Shown: in pieces, positions 46,317 to 57,964 of the stretch
Layout: each line of letters starts with the position of its first letter
Numbering within the stretch: the first letter of the stretch is position 1
Origin: Rhynchopus sp. YZ270_cl-10
Lineage: Eukaryota
Direction of reading: 5' to 3'
Assembly (NCBI GenBank): GCA_964035575.1
Contig: OZ037845.1
Span: forward strand, 186,001-250,000
Length of the DNA: 64,000 nucleotides
Program-made: the position numbers and the translations under genes
The notes under the pieces: generated by a model
Database searches by the model: none
What the model was told of the DNA's origin: nothing
Seen by the model: the letters and a program-made list of their open reading frames with translations, nothing else

Positions 46317-47556
46317 TGGAGCAAGGTTTGTGTTTGTATCAAAAGAGTATCTGTGGGGTGACGTGGCTGAGGTGCTGGTAGGAATATTAGAGTGATACAT
46401 CATGTGTGAAGCGTGGCGAAACAGAAGTGCAGAGGGCAGGTGTTGCCTCCCTATTGCAATGTAGCTTTGTACATATTCTGTGGCCCAAGCTGCAGTCGTA
46501 ATGTGATGTGATGTGATGTGGTTGATGCCTGGTGAGGGTAATTCTTGCGCAGAATATGACACCTTTAATGTGATGTGTGAATGTGCACAGGTTGTGGAGT
46601 CAGCTAGGGGCGAAAGAAAGACCAACCCTCATATCCTCCTGAGAGGTGTATTGGGAGCAGCTTGCGGTGCTGCCAAGAAGTTTTGTCATCATGCTCGCTG
46701 TGTGTGGTGTCATGTGAAGTGGTTGTCTTCAAAAGAGGAGAGCAGCAACAATCAGACCTGTTGAGTTTGACATAATTTTTCAAGCCCCACCGAGGGTGCC
46801 GTGACTTTGTTGGCCACCTCTGGCCGAATGGTTGTGTTTTGTGCATCATGTTGCTGTGTGGAGACGGAAGTGTGCTCCCAATAGAAACAGAAACGTGTCT
46901 TGTCAGAATCAATGAGTATGTTGCTTTACTCGGTCATGCAGCTGTGCTGTCCGAGACTCTAGTCAAATGTGCGTAATGTTTCATCACTCAAGAAGAGAAG
47001 GAAGGTGTGGTGTGTGGTTATATGCGTTGTGTCAGCAGTCAGGTGAGTTTGGAATGGATCTGCCACGTGCAATAAAGAATGGAAGGGGGGCTGAGGTTTG
47101 TTTGTTAGCATCACTTTGTTCCGTGGGGAAAAGTGTGGATAAACAATGTCGTTCGTAACTCTTGGTATCTTCCGCTTCCCCTTTCTGATGTCAAACACAT
47201 CATAAGGGGGAAGGCAAAAGCCGCACCAAAAGGTAGAAGAAAAAACCCAAATAAAGCAAAAGGAGTAAGCTGGCGAAGAGAAGATGTGTTCTGGAAACAC
47301 AGTAAAAAAGGAAAGCAAAGTTGTGAACGGTAATGTGCAGACGCCTCGTGGACGCAGGCACACAACAAGAAACCCCAAGGTGTGGAGAGCAAAGCTAGTT
47401 CAATGTCTCCATACCAAGTGTTGCACAGAGTGCGAAGGAAGTGGGACTGCACAGTGCACATCCCTGCCTTCCCGACCCTGTGCGAAAATAATATGAAAGT
47501 CAAAGTGAAGGTGAAAGTCGCAGACATCACCAAAAGGCCCAAGGACACAAAGCAGC

Positions 47557-48201
47557 TCATGCCTTGAAGACAGTGCGAAGGCCCTCCGCAGACGCGTAGT
47601 ACTCCTTCACCTTCGGGTGGTTTGCAACCACAGCCTTGTGTGCAGCAAGGTTCTTGAACGACACCAGTGCGTCCGACGGGATGCCTTCAAAGAACCCTGA
47701 CACAAGGAAGTGCACGGCTGTGAAGACCGACAGGTCTGCCACTGTCAGGGAGTCACCCACAGCGTACTTCTTCCCCGCAAGACGCGAGTCCAGGAAGACA
47801 AGCCACTTGTGCAGGTCCCCACCCTCAGCAACAGCTGTCGCAGCGAATTCCTTCTTCTCCGCATCGTCCGTCAGCGCAAAGAACTTCCCCAGAACTGTGA
47901 AGAGCTCCCCTGCGTAGTCAATCGTCTCGTCCACACTCAGCGCCACACGTGCATCCTCGGGGTACAGGTTCGTCAGTCTCCCGACGTAGCGCAGGATTGC
48001 GTTGCTCTGTCCCACCACCTCCCCGTCCACGTGCAGAAGCGGCAGCTGCTGTGGGGCCACCTTCGCCTTCAGACTCGCTCCCCACGTTGGGAAGTCAATG
48101 TGCTCATCCTCAAACGCAAGGCCACCGATGTGTGCGGCAAGACGGACTGCCTCAGGCTTCGTGGGGAAGGGGAAGTAGACAAGCTTCAGGGTCGGTGCCA
48201 T
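47557..48201 (-). CDS. GST: Glutathione S-transferase, sigma-like (214 aa)
   Basis: LKLVYF N-terminus, QQLPLL, QSNAILRYVG, GDSLTVADL motifs. Confidence 0.92.
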   Translation of the reverse strand: MAPTLKLVYFPFPTKPEAVRLAAHIGGLAFEDEHIDFPTWGASLKAKVAPQQLPLLHVDGEVVGQSNAILRYVGRLTNLYPEDARVALSVDETIDYAGELFTVLGKFFALTDDAEKKEFAATAVAEGGDLHKWLVFLDSRLAGKKYAVGDSLTVADLSVFTAVHFLVSGFFEGIPSDALVSFKNLAAHKAVVANHPKVKEYYASAEGLRTVFKA

Positions 48202-49080
48202 TTTGTGTGGTGGGTGTTGTGTCAAAAAAGTCTGGTTGAGTTTGTGGCAAGGCAGCGAGGAAAGCACAAGGACACAAACAAATGCAACGTTACCTTGTTT
48301 TTTTTGTGGTGCACAGTTGGCAACCGAAACCCCCACCCTAGCCTCACCCGCTGGAAAGATAGACAGACGTACCCACAAAGGATCCCCTCCCCGTTGCAAC
48401 CACAATAATTCGTTTTACTTTTTTGAAGACAGACCATCCAGAAACGACTGGAGGTGAAACAGTTAGATTTGTATAGTTGGGCGAAGACAACACACACACC
48501 CCAACCCCACGTACCCTATTGAAAGAAATGACAAGGCAACAGTGCCAACGACCCAGCGGAGACCGTAAGACGTAAGCACGGGAAAAAAAATGGCACATTA
48601 CCCTTACCCGGAAGGTTGCTGTGTGTACATAAATCATAAAAGCTTCCTTGGGGGCGATCAGGGGCACTCTAATCACAGAAAACATCACAAGGAAGAAAAT
48701 GCCGGGAAAAAAGGCGGAAACCCCAACATGTGATTTTTTGCTAGGTTTCTGTGACCACAGTGGTAGAAAAGTACTCCTGATCGCCCCTATTCCTTGGAAG
48801 CTCGTCCGAAGGAAGTTTCAAATTTCCGAAATTTTACGTTTTGTTGAACAACAGAAAATTTGAAAAAATGACTGCACACACACACTATGTGGAAATGCTT
48901 TCTGCAATACAGGATGTAACGACCTCCTCCTCGCCTCGCCTTACTGGAATGCGTTCAGAATATCGCTTTCTGCAAAAAAGGATAAGAATATTATTTAAAC
49001 AACCACAACACACACAAAAAAGCAAAACACACCAAACTACAAAAACTCCCCCCTCCACCCCATCTAAAAACCCTCCCTTT

Positions 49081-50175
49081 TCACATACTTGCTGCTTCTG
49101 CTGTTGATTGGGGGCCAAAATTGATCCAGGAGCTCGGCACTTGCCCCCCCTGCCCCTGCCCTTGCCCCTGCCCCACGACCTGCTGCGAGGGTGCAGGCTG
49201 GAAGGGGTCGTCTAGCTCAGGCATCTGCGACGGCTCTGGTGCTACGTAAGGCTTTGCAGGAGCAGGGTCGGGGGTGAGCCCGTCCATGAAGTCGATCATG
49301 TCGGGGCTCGCGCTCTCGACCTTTTGTGCTACGGGTGGCTGCTGTTCACCTTCCTCCAAGGTGTGCGACGGTGGTGGCGGTGTGTGACACTGCATCGGGA
49401 ACTGATCCACTCCTGGCTGGTATTGCTGTTCCTCCTGCTGCGCGAACCCAGCCGTGTCCCCCTCGGGCCCATAGTACCCTGCAACGTGCATTGCCGACAC
49501 CGCTGCCTCTGCCTCGGCCGCTTCTGCCTGCTGCCGCTTCTGCTCCTCCAGCCTTGCACGCTCCTCATGTTCAACAGCCTGCAGCTTCTTGAACGCCGCA
49601 ATCGGCCTGCGGAACTCCTGCAGCAACTTCTCTTCTAACTCCCCCTGGTTGTTCTCTTTGTCCCCCTTTACAAACTCAATCAGCCTCGCAAAATACTGCC
49701 GCGTAAAAACCGGGTGCACCTCCCCCATATGGCTCTGCAGGTATTGGTGCACGTCGAGCTTGTTTCTTGTTTCTTTCACAAAGTGGAGTTCAGAGGTGAA
49801 ACGGAATGCGCGAAAGCCTTCCCCCTTGTGGCGGAGGTAGAAGGCTTTGACTGGAGTGGTGTCGACAATGACAAAACGGCGGGCTCCACTTGCGGCATGT
49901 GAACTGTAGACTAGCTCCTTTCTGCGGCCTTGCCCGACATAAAGGATCTTCCCATCCGACCCGGCCTGGAAGTTTTCCTTGCCATAGGGCTTCTTGATCA
50001 ACACAAAGACCTCCACAAGCGATGAGTCGGAGTGCGAAGAGTACTTCACAACACGCCGCACGACACACCACCAATCCTGCCTCAAGGCCTCCTCAAGCTT
50101 CTCTTCAGACTCCTCTAGGCCAAAGTCCTTCCGCAAGACGCGAACATCCGCGTATTCTGGATACGTTTCGTACAT
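49081..50175 (-). CDS. Hypothetical protein, paralogue of 54744-55889 (364 aa)
   Basis: Long GC-rich ORF; globular N-half, coiled segment, Pro/Gln-rich tail; alignable with the 55 kb gene. Confidence 0.75.
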   Translation of the reverse strand: MYETYPEYADVRVLRKDFGLEESEEKLEEALRQDWWCVVRRVVKYSSHSDSSLVEVFVLIKKPYGKENFQAGSDGKILYVGQGRRKELVYSSHAASGARRFVIVDTTPVKAFYLRHKGEGFRAFRFTSELHFVKETRNKLDVHQYLQSHMGEVHPVFTRQYFARLIEFVKGDKENNQGELEEKLLQEFRRPIAAFKKLQAVEHEERARLEEQKRQQAEAAEAEAAVSAMHVAGYYGPEGDTAGFAQQEEQQYQPGVDQFPMQCHTPPPPSHTLEEGEQQPPVAQKVESASPDMIDFMDGLTPDPAPAKPYVAPEPSQMPELDDPFQPAPSQQVVGQGQGQGQGGQVPSSWINFGPQSTAEAASM

Positions 50176-50530
50176 TTGTGTGAAACGCTAAAGAGTATAG
50201 AGTACTCTCAAAGAGGGGGGAAAGAGAGGAAAGAGAAGAGGACGGTGAAGACAACCACCTCTGTGAAAGTGGTGTAGGTTGTTGAGGCGGGAAGTTTAGA
50301 AAAAGGGATGTATTAAAAAGGGGTGGGGAAAGTTCTTTGCATAGTTGATTTGCAACAAAAAAAAGAGGGGAAACAACAAATTCAAAAGATGTCTTGAAGG
50401 GGGGTGAATTTTCTTCCCAAACAAAGTGTCGGTGTGAGGGGGGGAAAAATGAAAAAAAAATATGCAAGGCACCAAAAAGAGGCGAGTGAGATCAACTGAC
50501 AATATTTTATGGATTGTCAAGTTGTCATTG

Positions 50531-50532
<2 letters not shown>

Positions 50533-50562
<30 letters not shown>
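50533..50562. repeat. (TG)n microsatellite
   Basis: Direct dinucleotide run. Confidence 0.9.
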
Positions 50563-50564
<2 letters not shown>

Positions 50565-52837
50565 CGGTTGTAAACACTGGAGAACAACCTGCATTTCCCA
50601 GAAGGGGGAAAGGAAAAGAGTCAAGGTGTGCCGCGACCAGTGCACACAAAACACAAAAGAAAGGTGGGCAAACACCACTCCAAGACTCCACTCTCAGGGA
50701 GTACCCTGGACACTGTTAATTTACAAAGAGAAGTTGAAAGTGCAAATGCCTCGCCGTACATAGGCGGGCCCAGGGTGGAAGTGGATGGTCACAAAAAAAA
50801 AAAAAAGGGTGTATAAAACACTACAAACACGGTAGCACCCTCCCCGTACGATGACGGGGTGCGCATGGTCTCTTAAAAGCGAGGTGTCTACACGGTATCA
50901 ATAATCCAAAAAAGAAACAAAGAAAAAAGGTAATGTTCAGCAGTTGTATTGAAAAATCACCGAAAGGGTAAGTTCTCGGTGTCATTGTTTTTCTTTCCCC
51001 GAAGGAGGGTGAAGTTATTTTCTCTCCAAATGAGAAAAGTGAAATTGATAGTGCAAAACGCCTCTGGGACGCACTCCAGAGAAAACGTCCGAGATATGCC
51101 GCGATTCGCTCTCATACAAGAGAGTAGTTGAAACGTGCTAAAAACGCAGCTCATGTCGAGCTCATGCAAAGGGTGAGGCGTGAGTGATCCGTACGGAGGC
51201 GGCTCACAACCGCCCGGCAAGCCACACGACCTCTTGATAAAAGAAAATAAAAGAAAGGTTGGCAGATGAACATCACATATCTTCAAAGAAGCGTGCAGGA
51301 CAACTGTCGATAACATAACAAAAAATCATGTTGAAAAATATGGAATCCTTCGTGTGGGAAACTTCGAAAAATGTTGTGTCGGGCCTCCCCGACACACATG
51401 CACACATCTTTCAAAAAGTCAACAATGGGAAGAGAATGGGGGTAGGAACATAACGGATAAAAAAGAGAAGTTGAAAGTGCAAACGTCTCACCGTTCATCG
51501 GCGGACAGGCACTGGACAAAAAAAAAGAAAAAAAAATGTTAGAACAAAAGCCATGCAAAACAGTAGGCGAAACACTGTGGCGAACTACAGACATTTCCTA
51601 AAGCTCGGCAGACATGCAAAGTAATAATGCCAAAAAATGCCAAAAAAATGAAAAAAAAAACAACCAAAATTCGTGTCGCCACACGCGACGGTTAAAAATA
51701 CAAAAACAAATATGCGTCCACCCCAAAAAACAAAAAAAAAAGTTGAAAGTACAAAACGCCTGACCGTACATCAGCGGAGTCGACGCAATCAGTGGTACAA
51801 CTAACACGACGGTGCAGTAAATACCTTGACACTGTAGTGTACCAAAAGTATCGCCTTCTAAAGGCAATCAATGGCGTCAAAAAAAATGCCTTTTTTGTAT
51901 CCGAGTTACAGCTAGGGTTTAAAAATACGGGGGGTAGAGTGAGAGGAAACATAGAAAAGATGGAAAAGCCTTTTTGTCACATAAAAAAAAAAAAACATCA
52001 AAAAAGAGAAGTTGGAAGTGCAAACGACTGACCGTACATCAGCGGACGCAGGTACTCAAAAAAAAAAGAGCAGAGAAAAATGTTGGGAAGATGAGTCTGA
52101 GCCGCTCTCTGCTTAGCCACACCTTTAAAAAAATTTTTTTTTGAAAGGTTGCATGTGCTTGTTGTGCAACAAAAACACATATTTCGTTGTAAAAATAAAA
52201 GTTGTCCAATGACAACACACTACGACTAAAAAATAATTCTTTTGATTTCTTTAGAAAAAAAAAACATATGTTGCTGAATCGCTTCGCAGTGCCTCCGGTG
52301 ATATGGTTTTTAGATATTTTTTTTTGGAGAAAATTACCAGTGTTTTTTGAGCTTTTTTACCCACGAGGAAACGCTGAAAATTGCACAAAAAAAAAAGGGG
52401 GGAGGCCACGAAAGCGATCAGAAGGAAGCCAGGATTGGAAGGTGAAGTATTTTTTTTTACAAATAAAATAAAAAATAAAACAGAAAGCTTGAAAAGACGG
52501 TGTCTATCGTGCACACACATCTTTTAAAAAACACAACGGGTGTTGTGCTTACAAATACGACAGTGTGGTTGAAGAAACTAGATAGGAAAAAAATGAAAAA
52601 ATGGCCCACCCCATCAGGTGTGCCATTTTTGTGAACACAGTTCCAAATATGTTTGGAGTCCACAAAAAAAAGCCGCCAAAATTACCCCTAAAAACCCCCA
52701 CACTGTGTGACTGTATTTTTGTTATGGCAAGCAAATCGCTTTGAAGTACCCACCTTGATAAGTGGGGTCTGTACTCAATGTTAGCCGAAGCCTTTTGTAA
52801 TATGGAAGGGATAGATAGTAGTACCATGCCTTGTAAT

Positions 52838-53084
52838 AATATTGGACAAAAAAATGGTCCATATGGTCCATATGGTCCATATGGTTCATATGGTCCATAT
52901 GGTCCATATGGTCCATATGGTCCATATGGTCCATATGGTCCATATGGTCCATATGGTCCATATGGTCCATATGGTGTAACTGAAACCAGTTACTTTGCCT
53001 CCACTAGAAGTCCACAAACGTGTACATTTTTTTGGGTTCGGCCACACCATCCAATATAGTCCAATAGATTTATGGTCCAATATT
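52838..53084. repeat. 9-bp (ATATGGTCC)n array of ~13 copies within short inverted ends
   Basis: Array ~52853-52974; flanking aatattggac / gtccaatatt suggests a MITE. Confidence 0.7.
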
Positions 53085-53289
53085 CATTTGAGCACCGTAT
53101 TTTTTCCATCCCTACACAGCCAACACTTCTACGTTAACGGTAAGCGAATTGAATTTGCCTTTGAAAAAAGAGAGGGAAAAAAATTAAAGATGTATGCGTC
53201 TTGCTGTACACACAATCTATGAAAAAGAGAAAATGAAAAGAAGCTAAGTTGAAAAGCGCAAACACATTTGCGGACGTAGAAAAAAAAAA

Positions 53290-53334
<45 letters not shown>

Positions 53335-53504
53335 AAAATGAACCCAAGCCTCCGTGAATGGCCATCTCAAAACTGAATTGCGTGCCTAAAGGCAACACAA
53401 CACGCCTACTAAATTGGAAAGATAATGATCACTGACTATGCAAGGGGTCGCGCTAAAATATGGGGTGTTTTTTGAGGGGGGGAAAAAATAATAACTATTT
53501 ATTC

Positions 53505-53935
53505 GAGTGAAATAAGAACTATTTTATTTCACGCGCCACTAAAAAGGTGCCCGAGTGCGTTATTTCCCGAGCGAAGCGAGGGGAATAAGAGTCACGAGGG
53601 TGCCTTTTTAGTGGCAAGTGCAAGAAAATGTTCTTATTTCACTCAATATGTAATTTTATTCCACAAGTGAAAAACGTATTTATGGTCGTAACTGGCCTAA
53701 ACGTTGAGCCTAGCACCCACTTTTCACTTTCACGCTTTTTGGGGTAAAATTACGAACAAAAACAGCGTGAAAAAAAAAATATTTTATTTGCAAAGGCATT
53801 TTGCAGGCAATTTTTTTTTTCCCACTCCGTGATATTTTATTTCACTCTCCGGGTTACCCTAGTGCAATTTGCGTGAAATAAAACGAATCTTATTTCACTC
53901 ACTTTTTAGGCCAGTTACGACCATAAAACGTTTTT
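53505..53935. mobile_element. Unclassified element with interleaved inverted repeats
   Basis: gagtgaaataagaactattttatttcacgc vs gcgtgaaataaaacgaatcttatttcactc; second pair tatggtcgtaactggcctaaa / tttaggccagttacgaccata; internal hairpin around cgagcgaagcgag. Confidence 0.6.
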
Positions 53936-54743
53936 CACGCGTGGTATAAAAAAAAAAATCGCTGTTCAGTGTGGGCTTTTTTAGCGCAACCCCCTGCTTG
54001 TGCTGTGTGCCCCCCTTTTTTGGGCCGTTTGTTCCAAATGAACGAAACAACGTTAAAAAAAAGATTAGAAATGAATGTCCTGGGGGGGGCACAACCGTAC
54101 ATCGAAAAAAAAAGAAAAGAAAAGGCAAAATACCACTGAAACACTATGAACAATGCGTTTGTCACAAGCGACATAACATAACAGATCTCTTTAAACAGAT
54201 CTATGTGCTCTTGGGCATTACTAGTGGTGGCCTGTATTGTGATAATTGCCCATCGTCATACACACATAATACACATCCACATCCACTACTAGGCACGGCC
54301 CACAACTGTCCACGTGATTTTTTTCCCTAAAATTTGTGCGGTGTTTAGAGTTTGGTGGTATTTAAACTCCACCCAACTCCACTAAACAACACCAAAATTT
54401 CAGGCAAAATCGGGTGAACTGCTTTCAATCATCAATGATGAAATGCACATATCTTTACAAAGAAATAAAGAATCACAACGGAAACCCTCAACCCCCTCAT
54501 GAGGTTGGGGAATAGAGAAAAAAATCAAAAAACATCCTGAAGGGTCAGACGAAAACGCTCCGCAAAAATATAAAAATAAGTTTCATGATACAAACAAAGA
54601 AAAGGAAGAGATGTAAAATGAACCTCTGTTTAGTCAGCTTTTTAATGAAAAAACCGTGTCACTTAAACGAGAGAACAACGTTGCACGACAATAGACGCAG
54701 GCGGGGGAAAAGGAAAAAAAAAAGATTATCCAACCATTTTGTT

Positions 54744-55889
54744 TTACTCTTCCACCCATGATGGGTCCAGGTCTGGCACCAACGGAACGGAACCGCCTCG
54801 CTTTGCTTCGACGTCCCCTAGCACGGCGATGTCATCGCTTTGCGCAGGAGACAGCATATCTTCAATGAAGTCCCCATCCCCACTGCTTCCACTGTCGTTG
54901 TCCAGGTTGCCTGTAACAGGAGAGTATACTATGACCGGGGAGTAGCGCTCACCTCCTACATCTGCCCCTGCCTGGAAGATTGGCACCGCTGTGGAGCGCA
55001 TGGGCCCCGACAGGGTGGGGTGTTCTGCGACCTCGGGGAGGACGTAGGGCACCTCTGTGTACGGTGGTGGAGGTGGAGGTGGCTGTGGCTGCTCTTCGAC
55101 CACGACCCCCATGGTGGCTGATGACAACGCTACATCTGCGGTGACACCCTGGACAGGAGACCCTGCGTGGTAGTCAGGTCCTGGTGCAAAGTTGTTGTGC
55201 ACCGGAACACCTCCTACCTGATGCTGTGGTGGTGGGGTGTGTCCACGTTCCCGCCGCTTTTCCTTTTCGCAGCGAAGTGCCTGTTGGTAGCCTGCAATGC
55301 GTTTGACAAAATGCGCGGCAACAGCGTCGAATCGTTGCGGCAGGTCTCCTTTGATTTGATTGATTTTCCCTTTCGCTGCAAGAACCAAACATTTGAAGAA
55401 CGTTGGGGTGAGCGCAGGGTGGACAGAGTGGAGGTGCTGGACAAGAAAGTTTTTCATATGCGCCTTGTTTTTGGTTGTGTCAAAGTGAAGTTCGGTGCGT
55501 ACACGGAAGGCACGGAGGACACAGTTGTTGTGGAGGCAGAAGAAGGCAAGGACAGGGGAAGGGTCGCGGATGCTGTGCAGTGTGCGTGCCTGCGCCTTCG
55601 GGAAGACGCACACATCGCGCACCCCACCACGCCGATCCTGGTCCACAACCCTGCCGCTAACCTCCTGGCCGAACCCCTCAATGTGCTCCGCCTTCGTCAC
55701 AACGTACACTTCAACAAAACCACTCTTGCTCCCCTCGCTGTACGGCAAGATGCGCCCCATGGTCGCCCACCAGTCCCCCTCCAGACGGTGCAATGCCTGC
55801 TCCACACCCATGTTCATCCCATACTCCGATGTCAAAGGCGCAGTGGTGCTAAACTGTGGAATGCGCCGCACAGTTTCATCACGCAGCAT
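54744..55889 (-). CDS. Hypothetical protein, paralogue of 49081-50175 (381 aa)
   Basis: Long ORF sharing DWW, YS, VEVxV, RAFR, ELHF and VHP motifs with the 49-50 kb gene. Confidence 0.75.
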   Translation of the reverse strand: MLRDETVRRIPQFSTTAPLTSEYGMNMGVEQALHRLEGDWWATMGRILPYSEGSKSGFVEVYVVTKAEHIEGFGQEVSGRVVDQDRRGGVRDVCVFPKAQARTLHSIRDPSPVLAFFCLHNNCVLRAFRVRTELHFDTTKNKAHMKNFLVQHLHSVHPALTPTFFKCLVLAAKGKINQIKGDLPQRFDAVAAHFVKRIAGYQQALRCEKEKRRERGHTPPPQHQVGGVPVHNNFAPGPDYHAGSPVQGVTADVALSSATMGVVVEEQPQPPPPPPPYTEVPYVLPEVAEHPTLSGPMRSTAVPIFQAGADVGGERYSPVIVYSPVTGNLDNDSGSSGDGDFIEDMLSPAQSDDIAVLGDVEAKRGGSVPLVPDLDPSWVEE

Positions 55890-57790
55890 TTTAAATTATT
55901 ATTTTGGCAAGATTTTTTTTTGAGGAGCCTGCATGGTGTGTGTGTGTTGTTTTGTTGATAACGGATTGAGAGTGGGTAACGCCTGAACGAAACGGTATAG
56001 CCCACTGGAGTGTGTGTGTTTTTGTTTGTTTGATAACTAATAGGGGAAATTCTTGCGTAGAATATGGCCCCAAGGTGTGTATGTGTGTGTGGGGAATGTG
56101 TGGACTGGTTTAGACCTAATGTTTTATTCCTTCCTTCAAAACTTCACAACGCTTTTTGGTTGTTTTTTTGGGAGACACACAGAGTGCCAAATTCTATGAT
56201 ATGCACCGAACTGCACCACTTTGTCATATTTGATTGCATACCCTGGTACAGAGAAAACGGGATGGGGTGTCTTTGTTTGTGAACTAAACGGGGGGATGAG
56301 GGGGGGTATGTATTTGATAAGTAAGGATGTAAGAGCAAGTAAGGGTAAGAACCCCATTTTCTGCAAGATAAATAAAAGGAGAAGGAGAAGCTGCGTAGGC
56401 TGTGGGGAAATGGACACATAAGGACGTAGAACATAAGAACAATAGACAAGATAAGCTTTTGAAAGATGAATGTACATCTCAAGCACATCATCAAAAAAAA
56501 TATGAGACCACTGCACGTAAAAAAGCGAAACTTTTTAACGAGCGTGGTTTTTTCTTTTCGGTTTTTTTTATTCTCAGAACCGCAGAAGTTGGCGAAAAGT
56601 TGCAAAAAGAAAAACTACTTTATTGGCGTGTAATTAATAACTATTACATTCCCCAATATAAGTACCATCGCATAAACCCACAAAGTAATAATAGTACCAG
56701 ACACTTCCGAGGGAATGTGTCTGTGTTGTGTTGCTTTCTTTTGAAAAATTTGGAGAAAAAAAAATCGACAACGTGTAGGCACCACCCTGTGTGAACTTCA
56801 CACAGCCCTCACCTCCCCCTATCTCTCGTTTCGTGGATAACGTCACTATATACCCTCCCCGCCATTGTATTCTTCTTTGCTACTGGGAATGAACAAAAAA
56901 TTTGCTGTTTCTAAGGTCAGTCGGGAAAGGGAAGAGGGTGATATGAGTTTTACAAAAAAAAAAAAAAAGAACTGCAAAAAGTGTTTTCTTTTTTTGATAA
57001 ATTGTTGGAGTAGTGTAGTTGCCTCGGTTGTGTTGCCACAGTTGTGCAATCTCCACTTTTTTTTTTTTGATTTGGTGTTTCGAAGAACCACAGACGCCTT
57101 TTCCATGAATCGTCAGAAACAATAGCCGTCTCTCTCATCTGTTACGCACGAAAAAAAAGTCACAAAAAATTAGTAAAATGAAGCCGAGTCACCAAAAAAC
57201 TAACAAAAAGAGGCCATTGATAACTTGCCGGGCATTAAGACGCGAATCAACAAAGTAATGAAGAAACATCTCAAAAACACCAACAGCTTATTCAAACGGC
57301 ACAAAAGTAATTTCATAAACGGCACAAAAAAAATATGGCAGTTATTGATGCAGGCACCGACTGACTCACATACGATGCCAGCCATCCGGATGAAAGCACA
57401 AAAAAAAAAAAAAAATGAAGGAGAAAAATAAACTGTTGAAAGATGACCCAGCATCAGGACACGTATCTAATATTGTTTTTATTCGTTTTGAGAAGCCCCA
57501 CACCCCTGAGAAAGCCCATCCGTTCACGCACAAATAAATAGAGAAACGGTTGGTAAGATGAGCCTAAGTCTCTGCTTTCTAAAGAAAAGAAGGAAAAAAA
57601 AAAACGTCCTCTGATTACTCAAATAGTCACGTACTGTGCTGACCTGAGGCAGGAGGTAATAAATCACCCAGACTAGCATGGAACACTCGGCAGAGTCTTC
57701 AGTTCACGACGCAAAACAAGAAGAAAAAAACGTTGAAATGTGAAAAAATGGCGACGCATAGGAAAACCTTGCTCAAAATAGAACTGTGTT

Positions 57791-57964
57791 TAAGCCTAAG
57801 CCTAAGCCTAAGCCTAAGCCTAAGCCTAAGCCTAAGCCTAAGCCTAAGCCTAAGCCTAAGCCTAAGCCTAAGCCTAAGCCTAAGCCTAAGCCTAAGCCTA
57901 AGCCTAAGCCTAAGCCTAAGCCTAAGCCTAAGCCTAAGCCTAAGCCTAAGCCTAAGCCTAAGCC
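57791..57964. repeat. (TAAGCC)29 perfect hexamer array (TTAGGC on the minus strand)
   Basis: 174-bp perfect run. Confidence 0.95.

Noticed and set aside
12325..48201. Functional sulfur/redox operon (MAT, TGR, GST)
   Set aside because: The genes are interspersed with unrelated ones, and co-orientation applies to the whole window
51200..51230. Resemblance to the SSU rRNA 3' motif ACACACCGCCCGTCAAGCC
   Set aside because: Short, with several mismatches and no flanking similarity
52722..53080. (GPY)n, (MDH)n and (IWT)n ORFs; likewise (KP)n, (LR)n and (LS)n at 57.7-58.0 kb
   Set aside because: Microsatellite translations within AT-rich intergenic DNA
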